The notes under the pieces were generated by a model that had not been told where the DNA came from, ran no database searches, and saw only the letters and a program-made list of their open reading frames with translations. Of a DNA stretch of 64,000 nucleotides, positions 51,096 through 63,880 are shown in pieces. Source of the DNA: Felis catus (Eukaryota); NCBI RefSeq assembly GCF_018350175.1, contig NC_058368.1, forward strand, positions 127,474,001 through 127,538,000. Direction: 5' to 3'. Numbering within the stretch: position 1 is the first letter of the stretch; every line of letters begins with the position of its first letter. The translations under genes and the position numbers were made by a program.

Positions 51096-51897
51096 TCAGA
51101 ACTTATCTATTGCCTCTCAGAGGGTTCTCCAGGGTCTTCTCTGATAGGAGTTACAGATGAGAAGATAAGTAGTTCCACTCTGCTATTCTTCTGTAGTACA
51201 TGAAATATCTCTCACGCTAAGTCTTTTCTATGGGTGTCTTATCAATATTGCTATGTCTTAAGGATTTTTTTTTTTTTTAGTAGATTCTCACTGACTACAT
51301 TTGGAAAGTTTCCTGCATTCTGACAGATCATACTCCCAGGAAATTCTTCTTGATAAGCAATCTTTATTTTGTCCCAGCAATTCTCATAATTGCTCTTAGT
51401 ATCACCCCTTATTTCTCTTTCCCCTGAAGTGTTTATCCTCTTTTAAAACTAAAGTAACTAATATGTCCATTCATTTATTTAGCCAGGCTGTAAATCCTCT
51501 TCTGTTGCATAACCTTTCAATTATTTCATCATACTTTCTTATGCTCTTTTCACTCCCTCCAAATTGTCTGCATTTTTCCCCCACCAGGATGGAGCTGCTG
51601 TGGTTGAGGCTGTACCTAAAAGCTGGTCTGGAATCACAAGCAGAATGGATCATTAATCACTTGCTGCTACCTACCCACACTTTCTAGTTTGTTGGTTTGT
51701 TTGTTTGTTTTGTACTGTTTTAACCTAATACAAGCTTTGTTCTCAAGCCTTCAACACAAGCTCTGTTCTCAGGCCTTCATCAATGCTGAATTAGTGCAGG
51801 GGTTTTTAACTGATAGCATATTGTTTATATATTATACATCTTTCTTCTTTTGTATATTATGGATACATTACTTCTTGTGTAAGAAGTATTCTCACAC

Positions 51898-51964
51898 AAG
51901 TAATGTATTCTCTCAACCACAGTAAGTAATGTATTCTCTCAACCACAGAGAATAGTTGAGAGAA
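51898..51964. repeat. 26-bp tandem duplication plus adjacent inverted repeat
   Basis: (aagtaatgtattctctcaaccacag[t])x2; ttctctcaac 51934-51943 / gttgagagaa 51955-51964. Confidence 0.9.
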
Positions 51965-51989
51965 ATGCTTAAAAAGCGTACATGATGTT

Positions 51990-52210
51990 GGGGCGCTTGG
52001 GTGGCTCAGTTAGTTGAGCATCCGACTTCGGCTCAGGCCATGAGCTCAAGGCTCAGCTCTTGAGTTGGAGCGAGCCCTGCGTCAGGATCTGTGCTGACAG
52101 CTCAGAGCCTGGGGCCTGCTTTGGATTCTGTGTCTCTGTCTCTCTGCCTCTCCCCTCAAGCCCCCTCTCCCTTTCTCTCAAAAATAAATAAACATTAAAA
52201 ACAATTTTTT
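51990..52210 (+). mobile_element. Can-SINE
   Basis: Head GGGGCGCTTGGGTGGCTCAG, GCTGACAGCTCAGAGCCTGG, AATAAA tail. Confidence 0.94.
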
Positions 52211-53281
52211 AAGCTTAAATAAAGTTGACATTTTACTCATTAGAAATCCTCACAAAATTATCTTGGGTAAAGAAGAAACAGCCAAGTGACATTTGACGAT
52301 TGTTTGTGTACTCTTTCATCAGCTTGCATTTTTGACTGCACTGTCCCTTGTAAATTATATCATCAAAATCAAGCACATTTCCATCAGGTACTTTTCAATG
52401 TTTTCCTCAGCGACTTTGAATTTGACTTCTGATACTTGGACCTGCTTTAACAACATTCAGATAGTATAAAATTACTTTTTCCTACTCCTTTTAGGGTATA
52501 GACTGCTGCCAGGAGGCTAAAATCAGATGGGGCTAAGTCTTCCTGTGGCAGAACAGAAGTAATGAACAATAAATTCCTCTCTGTCTCCAACTCCATCTAT
52601 TTCCACTATATTCATTCTCTTTTCATAGTCTCGTAATCTTTTGCTGTCTTTATGGTTTCAATGATCTCATTTTGTCTATCTGTTTTTTCTGCCTGTCTCT
52701 CTCAATCCTTCCCCCTTGTCTCTCAATCCTCACATATCAGAAAGCTGCATTAATACAAATACACAAATAACTGTTAACTTTTAGATATCTAATTTTTTAA
52801 AGAAAATTCCACTTTTTATGTTTCTCATTTAAACCTTACTGTTGTTGCTAAGAATTATAACAGGATTATTAACCTACTGAAACTATCCTGCCCAATAAGT
52901 AATGATAAAAACGGATACACTATCCAAAGAGCTTTAACTATTTTTAAAAATATAACAGCACCAGGATATGTTTCCTATATGGTTGTTAACAGAGTAAGTT
53001 TAACTATCAAAGAACTGTACATAAAATTAATTTCACAATTACTGAACCTAGAAGACCGAGGTTCTGAGTAAGGGCCTAAGATTTATGATTCGGTGTAATA
53101 AAATTTGTGGACCAGACTTGTGTTTTCAGAGACAGGGTATGTGTTATCTATCTTTGAAGTTATAATTATTATAGATAAAGAAATAAAGATGACAATTATT
53201 TAAAGAGTTTCTGAGTAAATAGTTCAGTATTAATATTTTACTGTACACTGTGGGATATTTAGTGACTAAAGCTACTTATCA

Positions 53282-53388
53282 GGGGCATGTGGGTGGCTCA
53301 GTTGGGTAAGCATTGATTCTTGATCTTAGCTCAGGCCAGGTTTTGAGTTTGAGCCCCCACATTGGGCTCTGTACTGACCCTGCTTGAG

Positions 53389-53443
<55 letters not shown>

Positions 53444-53498
53444 CCCCTGCTCATCCTCTCTCTCTTTCAAAATAAATAAACTTAAAAATTATATTAAA
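53282..53498 (+). mobile_element. Can-SINE with expanded (CT)n
   Basis: TSD AAAGCTA[C/T]TTATCA (53268-53281 / 53499-53512). Confidence 0.94.
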
Positions 53499-53789
53499 AA
53501 AGCTATTTATCATCTATGAATTTAAACTGCAAATAGTTTGGCATGGATATTGTCAATCTGCTTTTTGTCCTTCTGTGTCATATGACTACATTTTAAGAAA
53601 AAAGAATAAATCTATAGTACTACTGTTTAAATTAGATGCAAAAGCTCACAGAAAATGGTTAAGGAAAAGATATACCACTGTGCTATCAGTAAAAAAAAAA
53701 GGTAAATAATTAAAATAATAATGACAGAAATCTCATCTAACTATTGTATGGTGACAATATAATAAACAGATGACTGTCACACACTGTAG

Positions 53790-54264
53790 GAAAGACTAAA
53801 CTTAGACATTTCAGAGTGTAATTGAACATTACATGAGATAATCAGTAATCCTATGGACTCTAAGACTCAGAAATTCCATTTCTAGTTACGTACTTCACAG
53901 AAACTCTAAAAATGTGTGCATAAGCACACACAACACTGGTGGTCACTGCAATAGTCATTCATTTATTCATTTCATACATACCACTGACTGAACCATGGGC
54001 CACTGACTGCACAGCCCTGTGTGCTTGAGATCATCTCTGAGCCTGAAACAGACCATTCTCCACACCTTCAACGGCATGTTCCAGGGCACTGTTTGCAATA
54101 CTAAAAAGCTTAGAATGATCTAAATAAACATCAATGAGGCAACAGACAAGTAAAATAGTGTCTAGTCATAGAGAAAGAAAAATCCTGTTGAGTGAAGAAA
54201 GCATGCTGCAGATACTTGCATGATATGTAATTTGTGTAAAATTTCAAACCATATAAGATGTAAT

Positions 54265-54313
<49 letters not shown>

Positions 54314-54525
54314 GCAAAATAAAACTGAATAGGTCATATACACACTAATTGCATAATAGTGGTTGACTGCATAAGGGTAACAGGAATAGAATGCAGAAAA
54401 AAACATTATGTATAATTTTTAAAAATAAGTGTGACAAAATAATAAAAAAATGATTCTAACTGGTCTACATGTGTGTTTTATATATTAATATTTGAATTTT
54501 TTGTATTTTTAATATTTTAAAAACT
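53790..54525 (+). mobile_element. Old L1 3' end (L1ME-like) containing a probable antisense L2 piece (~53955-54070) and (TG)21 (54267-54308)
   Basis: GACTCAGAAATTCCATTTCTAG, GCACTGTTTGCAATA, TGTTGAGTGAAGAAAGCA; TCATTCATTTATTCATT marks the L2 end. Confidence 0.7.
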
Positions 54526-55084
54526 ATTATATCCATAAAATTATATTTGTATAATCATATATAACCACATTTTTATAACTGTCTATAAGAGAAACTTGTA
54601 AAAACATTGATTCTACAAAGAATGTAACCTGATTAGTTTATTACAGGGTGACTGAAAACTTACAGCATCAATAGCATAGTGAGCCAATTAAGATGAATTT
54701 TATAACAGCTAAGTAATTAGTATACCATCAAATCAACTAAAAGAAATAAAAAACATGTAGTAGTTGGGTTTCCTTTTGTGTGTGCTTTGTTTTTTGTTTT
54801 TACTTTTCTTTTTATAAAAGGAGCTATAGCATGAGAAAGGAGTTACAAAAAAGGACATAGGGAAAAACACCCTTTAGGTGTTTGCCAGGCATCCCTGCCT
54901 CACTTAGCATCCAATATCCCTTAAAACAATGGAAATAGAAGGACATGTTTAATGTTCAGCCTTAGTCCTGCCTAAAAGTTTATTGAATTAACCTAGTGGA
55001 TCCCAACTAGATGATGTGTTTACCAGGGCTAAAAAGCCACTTACACAGATTTTAACAAACTCCTAAGAAAGACCCACATGGATC

Positions 55085-55480
55085 ATACTTAGTAGGCTAT
55101 GTGACCTGGGGAAAGGTACTTAACCTTTCTGTGCCTCAAATTCCTAATCTGTGAAATGTAGATATTAACAGTAGCCATCTGAAAGGGTTTCCTGGGGCAC
55201 CTGAGTAGCTCAGTTAGTCAAGCATCTGACTCTTGGTTTCAGCTCAGGTCATGACCTCATGGTTCCTGAGTTCCAGCCCCGCATCAGGCTTGCACTGACA
55301 GCATGGAGCCTGCTTGGGATTCTCTCTCTCCCCTCCCTCTCTCTACTCCTACCCTGCTTGCTCTGCCTCTCAAAACAAAGAAACAAACAAACAAATAAAA
55401 GGGTTTCCTGTTACTTGCTGTATCAAGCACTTATACTGAGCATTCTATATGCCATATAGTGATACAAAATTAGTACTGTT
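55085..55480 (+). mobile_element. MIR split by a Can-SINE
   Basis: GCTATGTGACCTGGGGAAAGGTACTTAACCTTTCTGTGCCTCAAATTCCTAATCTGTGAAATG. Confidence 0.8.
55194..55397 (+). mobile_element. Can-SINE
   Basis: TSD AAAGGGTTTCCT (55182-55193 / 55398-55409). Confidence 0.95.
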
Positions 55481-55756
55481 TGCTAAATAAATAAACAAGC
55501 TGATCCAGAAATAATTTCATGTGTTTAGAATGAGATGCATTCTATTTGCCCCACTTATCTTTTACTAACTTCAATCAAACATGCCTTTATAAAAATCTTA
55601 AATTTTATTACAACACATTCTTTGTCATGTGAAGCACATCACAATCAACTTACATCTAAGTTTTTTATATCTTAGAATAGATTTAAGGAGTAATTATTCA
55701 AAATACAAATATCTCAATGTCTTCAACATGTCATTACAGTGCAGGAAAATTTTTTC

Positions 55757-55962
55757 AAGTTTTTTTTTTAACATTTTCATTCATTTTTGAGATAGAGCAT
55801 TAGTGGGGGTTGGGAGAGAGAAGGAGAGAGGGAGACACAGAATCTGAAGCAGGTGCCAGGTCCTGAGCTGTCAGCACAGAGCCAGACACTGGGCTTGAAC
55901 CCATGAACTGTGAGATCATAACCTGAGCAAAGTTGGAGGCTTAACCGACTGAGCCACCCAGG
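55757..55962 (-). mobile_element. Can-SINE missing a few 5' bases
   Basis: Ends GAGCCACCCAGG; TSD CAGGAAAAT overlaps the element end (microhomology). Confidence 0.93.
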
Positions 55963-57009
55963 AAAATCTATTTGATTCGGCAATTCCAATTCATCATCTT
56001 TCATGCAAAATGCAAAACTCTAATGATAAACAAAAGGTCATTTATTTAAATATCATGTAACTTAAACCTTTGTGCCTACTAAGCACATGTCAGAAACTAC
56101 ATCAAATCATAACCAGCTTGGCACTCTAATTCTAGGATCATTTTTGCCATCAGTTTTCTGAAAGAGTGGCATGGAATTAAGCATACTATCATTAGGCATT
56201 GATAAAAAATTTAGCATAAGAAGAAGGTGGGGGGACAGCACTTCTTTCTAAGGGATAAAGTCCTTTCATGTCTGTTCTCATTAAGTGAACTGTCATGCAC
56301 AAATGATGGGTATGTCACTTATAGAGAACTAGAGGAAAATGCTCCCCACCTTCATTCTTTCCCAGTTGGATCATGTTAAATGACCCCAGTAGATTTTGTC
56401 ATTTTGTGCCCTCCCTGCCTCAAGTCTTCATTCACTTCATGACCTGCAGTGCACTTATCAGCATGGCCTTCACCTGGAAGAAGTGGCCACTATCCAGTAG
56501 AGGACAGGTGTAAACTGTCAGGGAGCAGGGCACTCAGTAGTGCACACATTTTTCTTGCCTCAGGGACTTGTAACTCCAGTGAAGAGCTGAGTGGCTAAAG
56601 GAACTTAGGTAAACAAACATCTCATATTATGACTCACTGTTACCCCATCATTATTTTTTATAAATGCCATTTGTTTGTAAAGAATATAAAAACTGAATCA
56701 CACTTGCAAGACAGCTATGATTCTAAAATGACACATAACATTTCCAAAGTGATAAAAACATAACCCTTTCAAAAAAATAAATTGTTTACAACCAAAAATT
56801 TGCATGCACAATAGGAAACTATGGAACATTATTAGGATGGATATTCAATATCCAAGATGATATTAAATTGAGGAAAGCTCTTCAGCTGTGTGTTGGTTTC
56901 AGCATGGTATTTAAAGGATCTGATACTTGCGGAGACTAAAAGCATTCTCCTTTATTTCCATTCCAGCTAGCACTGATAATCTCTTCACAGAAGTCAGAAG
57001 AATAACAGT

Positions 57010-57150
57010 AGTGACAATAGCCAATAATATTGCACTTTCTCAAAAATAGCACATTGTTCTGAACACTTTACACATATAGACTCATTTAATCCTCCAACAA
57101 CCCTGCTTTTACTGTATCCACTTTGCAGTTGAAGAATTTTAGGCAAATTC
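57010..57150 (-). mobile_element. MIR 3' fragment
   Basis: CATTGTTCTGAACACTTTACA...CTCATTTAATCCTCCAACAACCCT. Confidence 0.8.
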
Positions 57151-57169
57151 TCAGTTACCGTTTCTAAAT

Positions 57170-57342
57170 CAGCTGGTTATAACTTTAGTGTACATAAAAA
57201 TCTCCCGAGGACTCTGAAACAGATGCCAATTTTTTGACCATCCCCCCACCCTACTCTCATTTGGTAGAGTTGGTTAGGGGTAAATTCTGGTGTTACAAGC
57301 TCCATTCTCATGTAGTCTGAGGACCAAGCTTGGAAACTGCTC
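57170..57342. mobile_element. MER5-like hAT MITE, degenerate
   Basis: AACTTTAGTGTACATAAAAATCTCCC...ACAGATGCC...GTCTGAGGACCAAGCTTGGAAACTGCT. Confidence 0.5.
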
Positions 57343-58178
57343 TAAATTACACTATTCCCAAGGATATTCCCATTTACCTTGGAAGCCTCTCTGGTGATGT
57401 TTAGGTCTTTGTTTTTCTGTTTCTGGACATTTATTTGGTTGCCATTCATTTCCAAGTAAAAATATTTATGTGATCTCAATGAAGTTGAATCTCTACTCTC
57501 CCTCCAACTAAATTTTTAATGAAAACAAACTAATTGATATGTTTATGCTTTAACTATGTCAGCTCAAATCAAAGCCATAGCACTGTCCTTGAGAAGCCAC
57601 ATTCTCACAACAAACTGGACACAGGCTTGTGAACTCCTGTCTTAACTTTTAAAACACTCTGAAAGGGAAATTTTCTAGGATCTTTCCTCAAATAGATGTC
57701 TGCTTAAGAAAGGATTATGACTCTCAAAGGGATATCTGAGAAATTTATAAATCTCTGAAAAGTACTCAGCATATCATCATTCAAAACCACATAAAATAAC
57801 ATTCATGAGCACAACTTGCTTTCTGTGGGATCCTCACAGGAGGAAGATTCTTCAATTTTTACAGCAACTATAAGCTTAGAGAAGCACCCACACTGTAAGA
57901 AGAGAGACTGTTAGAAATATCTTGAGATTGCTCTTGACTAAACAAAATATTTTCTTATTTTCAAAGATAATGATTTTATACAGTGCAAAGACAACTAAAC
58001 CATTGTTTACTTCATCTATGGCTACATTCTCCCTGGTTTTCAAGATAGATAGCAAAGGTCTTCCAATTCTAGTAATCTGAAAAGCTGTAAAACGTGATAA
58101 GAGAGAAGCATATACATGAGACTCTGGAGGTAAAATGTTTTTTGAAAAAGATTCTGAGATATTTTTGAAAGGAGTCTA

Positions 58179-58390
58179 GGGGCGCCTGGGTGGCGCAGTC
58201 GGTTAAGCGTCCGACTTGAGCCAGGTCACGATCTCGCGGTCTGGGAATTCGAGCCCTGCGTCGGGCTCTGGGCTGATGGCTCGGAGCCTGGAGCCTGTTT
58301 CCGATTCTGTGTCTCCCTCTCTCTCTGCCCCTCGCCCGTTCATGCTCTGTCTCTCTCTGTCCCAAAAATAAATAAACGTTGAAAAAAAAA
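58179..58390 (+). mobile_element. Young Can-SINE (SINEC_Fc-type)
   Basis: GGCGCAGTCGG head, CpGs intact; perfect TSD TTGAAAGGAGTCTA (58165-58178 / 58391-58404). Confidence 0.97.
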
Positions 58391-58623
58391 TTGAAAGGAG
58401 TCTAAACTGAAGTATACAAAAGGCATCTGCCATCTGTTCTTACAACTACAGCAGTTCACTTGTGGAGCTCAGAAATATCCTTGTTTCCAGTCTTACATGG
58501 GGACACATGGGAAGGGGATTCATGTTGAAAGGAGGCATTACTGAATGGGCTACTTTCTAAAATATGTCATGGACCAAAGCAAATCTCTCCCTCAAAACAG
58601 TGAGGTCTTTCTATAGCTGTTGT

Positions 58624-59020
58624 CCCTGGTGTACTAGTAAATATTTATGTTCATCAGTTGGCTCTCCAGAGGAAATAAGCCCTATATGTAGGTTTTGGAA
58701 ATTTCCATGGCATGAATACCATGACCTTGTCTGATTTCAAACTCCCAATGTGACACCACGAAATGTGGACTTGGGAAGAGATGTTCAGTATCACTGTCAT
58801 ACATGGTATTTCTACTCTACACAGATATATTGACTTAACCCCAAGAGCATAGGTTGTAGTAAAATAATTAGAAATTAGTGAGTTTTGAGTACAGATCACT
58901 TTTGCTTTTCATATAATGTATTCAAGTGCAGGTTTATATAATTTACTAATGTCTGTGCTTAACAATGGGCTCTCAAAATCTCTGAAAATGGAACAATTGG
59001 CTCTCATGACTCCAGCTATT
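58624..59020. mobile_element. hAT-Blackjack MITE, MER63B-like
   Basis: TGGTGTACTAGTAAATATTTA...GGCTCTCC...AAGCCCT...ATTTCCATGG...GATTTCAAACT...TTGGGAAGAGATG...AACAATTGGCTCTCATGA. Confidence 0.75.
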
Positions 59021-59569
59021 GTTTCAAACCTTAGGCAAACCTTCCACCTACCAATCCATTTTTATACACAGCTATTTATGAATGAAATTTTTCACTTATA
59101 TAAAATGTATTTAAGTATTTAAGTAAATTTTATTTAAGTAGAAAGCATTACCCCATGAACACAAACTATTTAATGAATACAGTTCAATATCTATATAATT
59201 TTATGAATCATAGCACTATATGACTTCAGTGTTAAGAAATCCTTGAGAAATCATGTAATCATGTAATCCAGTCACCCTCAAGACTTACTGCGAAGACTGT
59301 TGGTGGTAGCAGCATCCTTACTCATTCTCCTACTTGAAAATTGCCACTTCATGCAAAGAGTCATATTCAGTTCAAAACCCCTCTGATGACGGCTCAAGGA
59401 TATCCATAACTTTACCAACTCTACTGTTTTCCCATGGCTGCTGTGTCCAGCATGCCAAATCTCCTTATCTTGTACATGCCATACTTATTTATTCTCCCTC
59501 CTAAAACTGTTTCCTCAGCTCTGTGACACATTCATTCACCTGCCTTTTTCAGACTTTTTTTTAATAGAA

Positions 59570-59708
59570 TGGTGAACTATTTACACACTTATCACAAATG
59601 CTTATTTCAACAACAGAATCAGAATACCTAACCAGTGGAGTCTAGAAATCTGCTTTAAACAAGGAGCTCAGGCGATTGTAAGATCTCTAATGTGTCAAGA
59701 TCAACTGA
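59570..59708. mobile_element. MER5-like fragment
   Basis: GAATCAGAATAC...TGGAGTCTAGAAATCTGCTTTAAACAAG..CTCAGGCGATT. Confidence 0.5.
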
Positions 59709-59849
59709 TTTACTGAGTATTAACTAAATGTTAAGGTGAGACTAAAAGGACACTAAAGCAAAATGTATTAGTTTGGTGATGTAAAAATGTAAATGTCACG
59801 ATTCAGTGTAACCGGGTATTACAGGATAATAGTGTTCAGGGTCAGCACT

Positions 59850-60942
59850 AAAAAGACAATGATAAACAAGCCACAGACTGTGTGGGATAAACACTTGGAA
59901 AAGACACATCTGATAAAGGATTGTTGTTCAAAATATATAAAGAAATCTTAAAACTCAACAATAAGAAAACGTGTTTTTAAAAATGGGCCAAAGACCTTGA
60001 TACCTCACCAAAGAAGATATATAGACAGCAAATAAGCATACTATAAGTTGTTCCACATCATAAATTATCAGGGAAATGCAAATTGTAAAAAGAAGATACC
60101 ATTACACACCTATTAGAATGGACAAAATCAGGAACACTGACAACATCAAACACTGGTGAGAGTGTGGACCAACAGGAATTCTCATTAGTTGTTGATGGGT
60201 ATGTAAACGGTATGGCCACATTGAAGACAGTTTGGTGGTTACTTACAGAACTAAACATACCCTTACTGTATGATTCAACAGTCACACTCCTTAATATTTA
60301 CTCAAAAGAGTTGACAACTTACGTCCACACAAAAACCTACACATAGATGTTTATAGAAGTTTTACTCACAATTGCCAAAACTTGGCAGTAACAAGGATGT
60401 CCTTCAGTAGGTGAATGAATAAACTGTGCTACATCCAGATAGTGGAGTATTATTCAAGGTTTAAAAGAACTGAGCTACCCAGCCATGAAAAGACATGGAA
60501 GAACTTCAGATGCATATGATTAAAAGAAACCAATCTGAAAAGGATACAGGCTGTATGATTCCAAGTATATGGTATTTAGGAAAAGGCACAACTATGGTGA
60601 GAGAAAGTATCAGTGGTTGCCATGTGTTGAGGGGAGAGAGATGAAAAGATAGAGTACAGAGGATTTTTAGGACAGTGAACACACTTAGTAAGACACTATA
60701 ATGGTGGATACATGTCACATATGTGTCCAAACCCATAGAACACAACACACAAGAGTGAAGCTTAAGGTAAACTATGGACTTCAGGTGATAATGACATTGC
60801 AATATTGGCTTATCCACTGTAACGAAGGAACCACGCTGGTGAGGGATGTTGACAATGGGGAGGTTATGCATATGTGGAGGCAGGAGGTACACAAGAAATC
60901 TCTTTATCTTCTCAATTTTGTGGCAAACCTAAAACTGCTCAA
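59850..60942 (+). mobile_element. L1 ORF2 end plus 3' UTR, L1MC1-like
   Basis: CAAGCCACAGACTG, CTGATAAAGGA, CTCACCAAAGAAGATATA, GGGAAATGCAAATT, GTAAACTATGGACTT, GGGATGTTGACAATGGGGAGG, AACCTAAAACTGCTC. Confidence 0.9.
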
Positions 60943-61667
60943 CAAGATCCCAGGAGTCTTAAAAAGAGAGATAAAATGATGACACCTGATCATCAAGGGA
61001 GACTTCTTCACAAAAGAAGTAAAGGCCAAGTCAGAACCTAAGGAAAGCTATTCCACTTTGGTGCTTCTCAAAGTTCAAGGACAAGATTGGCTGAAAATGA
61101 ATTACACAGAGCCAAAATAAAGGCCTTAATAAGTTTGAACGTAAGACAGAAGTCTTGTTGTCTGATAAAAATTCCTTGGGCTCCACACAAATGCAGATTC
61201 CCAAGCACTGTATTCTTGTACTAGCGATTCTGATTCAATAGGATGGAAAAGAACTGGGAAGCCAGCAGTTTCGATCTTAGAGGAATTGCTGGAGGAGCAA
61301 GGAGCATAGACAGGTCTTACATAGGGCGGCATCACTTTCAAAGTTTTAAATTAAATTTCTAAATCTTCTTGGTTTAGCTCAAGTCCAATACAGTGTGAAT
61401 CTTATCTGATTATTACAGCTCACAGCAACCTGTTCTTTCTTTCATCGATCATTGCATTTGGAGTTCAGATTATACAATTATTGATTTTACATGTGCCATT
61501 CCTTTTATTCTACTGCCAGCTCATAGTGCTTAAGTAGTTCATTTTGCTGCATTCCTCATGATACCTAATGAAGGCAAAGGCACCCAGATACGCAACAAAT
61601 ATCTATAAGTTAATTGGTTCTAGGGATTCTCGGTATGTAATTCTGTTTCTTAGACACATGAATAGGA

Positions 61668-61885
61668 ATATAATAGTAAAAGCAAGGAATTAATGAGTGT
61701 TCACTATGTGTTGGGCACTCCTGAAGAAGTTTATATGTATTAACTCATTTAATTCGCTCGACAGTCTTATGAGATAGACACCATGATTATCTCCATTTTA
61801 CCGAAGAGAAAACTGAGGCTTCGTCATTTTCCAAGGTGGATTGACTTCAAATCCCATGCCTTTTGTTACCAAGCTATACTGCCTC
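61668..61885 (-). mobile_element. MIR
   Basis: ACTATGTGTTGGGCACT...TAACTCATTTAATTC...CCATTTTACCGAAGAGAAAACTGAGGCT. Confidence 0.85.
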
Positions 61886-62184
61886 TCCCTACTATGCCCC
61901 ATTAAAATGCTATTTAAACATATACCATATAAAAGAAAGCTATGGTGAAATTATGGTCAGCAATTATTTTTTAAATTGTTAGTAAGAATGACCCAGAAAA
62001 GATACTACCATGTACTCTAAGACAGCCAGAAATATTGTAACATTTCACAGGTTCAAATCTGCATGTGCCAGCTAGCATCACTGACCCCTACACAGACTCA
62101 GGATTCAAATCCTCCTGTGTGCCTTCACATTCCCAATGCCAAGTCACACATGAAGAGAGAAGAGAGGTGCATCCACTAGTGCAG

Positions 62185-62188
<4 letters not shown>

Positions 62189-62231
<43 letters not shown>
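62189..62231 (+). repeat. Perfect A43 homopolymer
   Basis: Directly counted; no adjoining SINE/L1 body. Confidence 0.95.
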
Positions 62232-62233
<2 letters not shown>

Positions 62234-62712
62234 ATACATCATAGTCTCAAAATCCATGATGAGTCCAGCCCTTTAGCAGTCTAGTAAAGGGGTGTGCATC
62301 CTGAATATTATTAAATGTGGCGTGATCTTTGTTCCCCACCGACTCCCTTTTAGGTAACAAAACAGCTGAAGACACTATTCAGGAACATAAAATAGGTTCT
62401 AATACTCCCATGCCCTATAATTAATCTTCACTCAATCACAAGCATTTCTGTTTCATGTATTACTTGAAGCAAAATGCTAATAAGGCAAGAAAACGTGACT
62501 CTAGGACAATGCTAGAAAATGGCCTTCATTTCTCTTCTTTTGAGATAAATAAGATGCTTTTGATCACAGCATCGAGTGAATAATGCCTAAGTCTCTAATA
62601 CAAGATTTAGTTAAATTATACCCATCTTGGGAGATGAATAACCTGAATTTAAAATAATAATTTAAGTTGAAAAAAAGGCAAAGCACCTTATTACTAAAAG
62701 CCTAATCTTTTT

Positions 62713-62921
62713 TTTTTAATTTTTTTTAATCTTTATTTATTTTGAGAGAGAGAGTGTGAGTAGGGGAGGAGCCAAGATAGAGGGAGACACAGAATCAGAA
62801 GAAGGCTCCAGGCCCTGAGCTGTCAGCACAGAGCCTGAGGCAGGGCTCGAACTCACGAACTATGAGATCACGACCTGAGCTGAAGTTGGACGCTTAACCG
62901 ACTGAGCCACCCACGCGCCCC
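62713..62921 (-). mobile_element. Can-SINE
   Basis: Perfect TSD AAAAGCCTAATCTTTTT (62696-62712 / 62922-62938). Confidence 0.97.
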
Positions 62922-63634
62922 AAAAGCCTAATCTTTTTGAATGTGATTTCATATATTCTGGATCCTATAAAAATATTCATTATTACAAAAATTGTCCTTT
63001 GTCTCCAGTTTTTTGTCTAGTTCTTACCGTTTCCTTAATTCTATCCCTATACATGGTTCCATGATAGTTCTATTTATTCCGGACTTCTTGTTCCTCTAAA
63101 GATTGTTTTGGGTACTGGATGCTATCTGCCAGAAACCTAAGAAGAACAGAATAATCGGCCCCAAGATATATTAAGCAAGCCTCATTGGGGCTCATTGAAC
63201 TCATATACACGTGTACTCAAACCTCTTGCTCTTGAAAGTACATGGTAGCAACTCAATATGTATGCCTGAAATAGATGTGTTTACGCTTCTAGTGTTATTT
63301 TACACCTCTGGAAGTTCAAAACATGAAAGTGAATATTGTTTTTATTTCTCACAATTGCTGCACTGCTATATAGTTACCATTTAGAATCCTTTAAAAAAAG
63401 TAACAATCTTTATGTTTTCAAAGCTTATCAAGATACGACCTAACACTGTATCAAATATGAAGGGCATTGAGGTCAGATAAAGCCAAAGCATTTGCCAACC
63501 CCAAGGTCTAGATGAGCAGAACAGGAAAGAGCAGCTACATATACCTTTAACGTCCTTGGATGGTAGAGAGGGAACTTTAAAAACACAAGCGTACAAGGAG
63601 TTTCCTAGGGCAGTTAATCTCCAGAATTTAAGCT

Positions 63635-63880
63635 GTGCAGTGAATGAAGTGAATGAAACAGGGGCTTAAATCCACTGGGTCCTCTGGCTTTCTCATGACC
63701 AGTTGTGTGAATATGGGCAAATTTCTTAAATAGTTAAACATGTTTTCTTACCCTTACAAGAAAAAGAGCAAATGCCTCACAGGATGGTGTAAAGACCAAA
63801 TGAGATACCACATAAAAGTATTTCACACAAAGCCCAGCACAGAGTAAATACTCAATAAATATGGACCAATGTTATATTCT
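63635..63880 (+). mobile_element. MIR, near full length
   Basis: AGTTGTGTGAATATGGGCAAATTTCTTAA...CCTCACAGGATGGTGTAAAGACCAAATGAGAT...CAGCACAGAGTAAATACTCAATAAATAT. Confidence 0.82.

Noticed and set aside
60058..60979. Several ORFs of 60-128 aa
   Set aside because: Decayed L1 ORF2 end and 3' UTR; frameshifted, not an intact gene.
14..62921. tRNA genes or CRISPR-like arrays suggested by recurring A/B-box heads
   Set aside because: These are dispersed tRNA-derived SINE heads without full cloverleafs or regular spacers; the sequence is mammalian.
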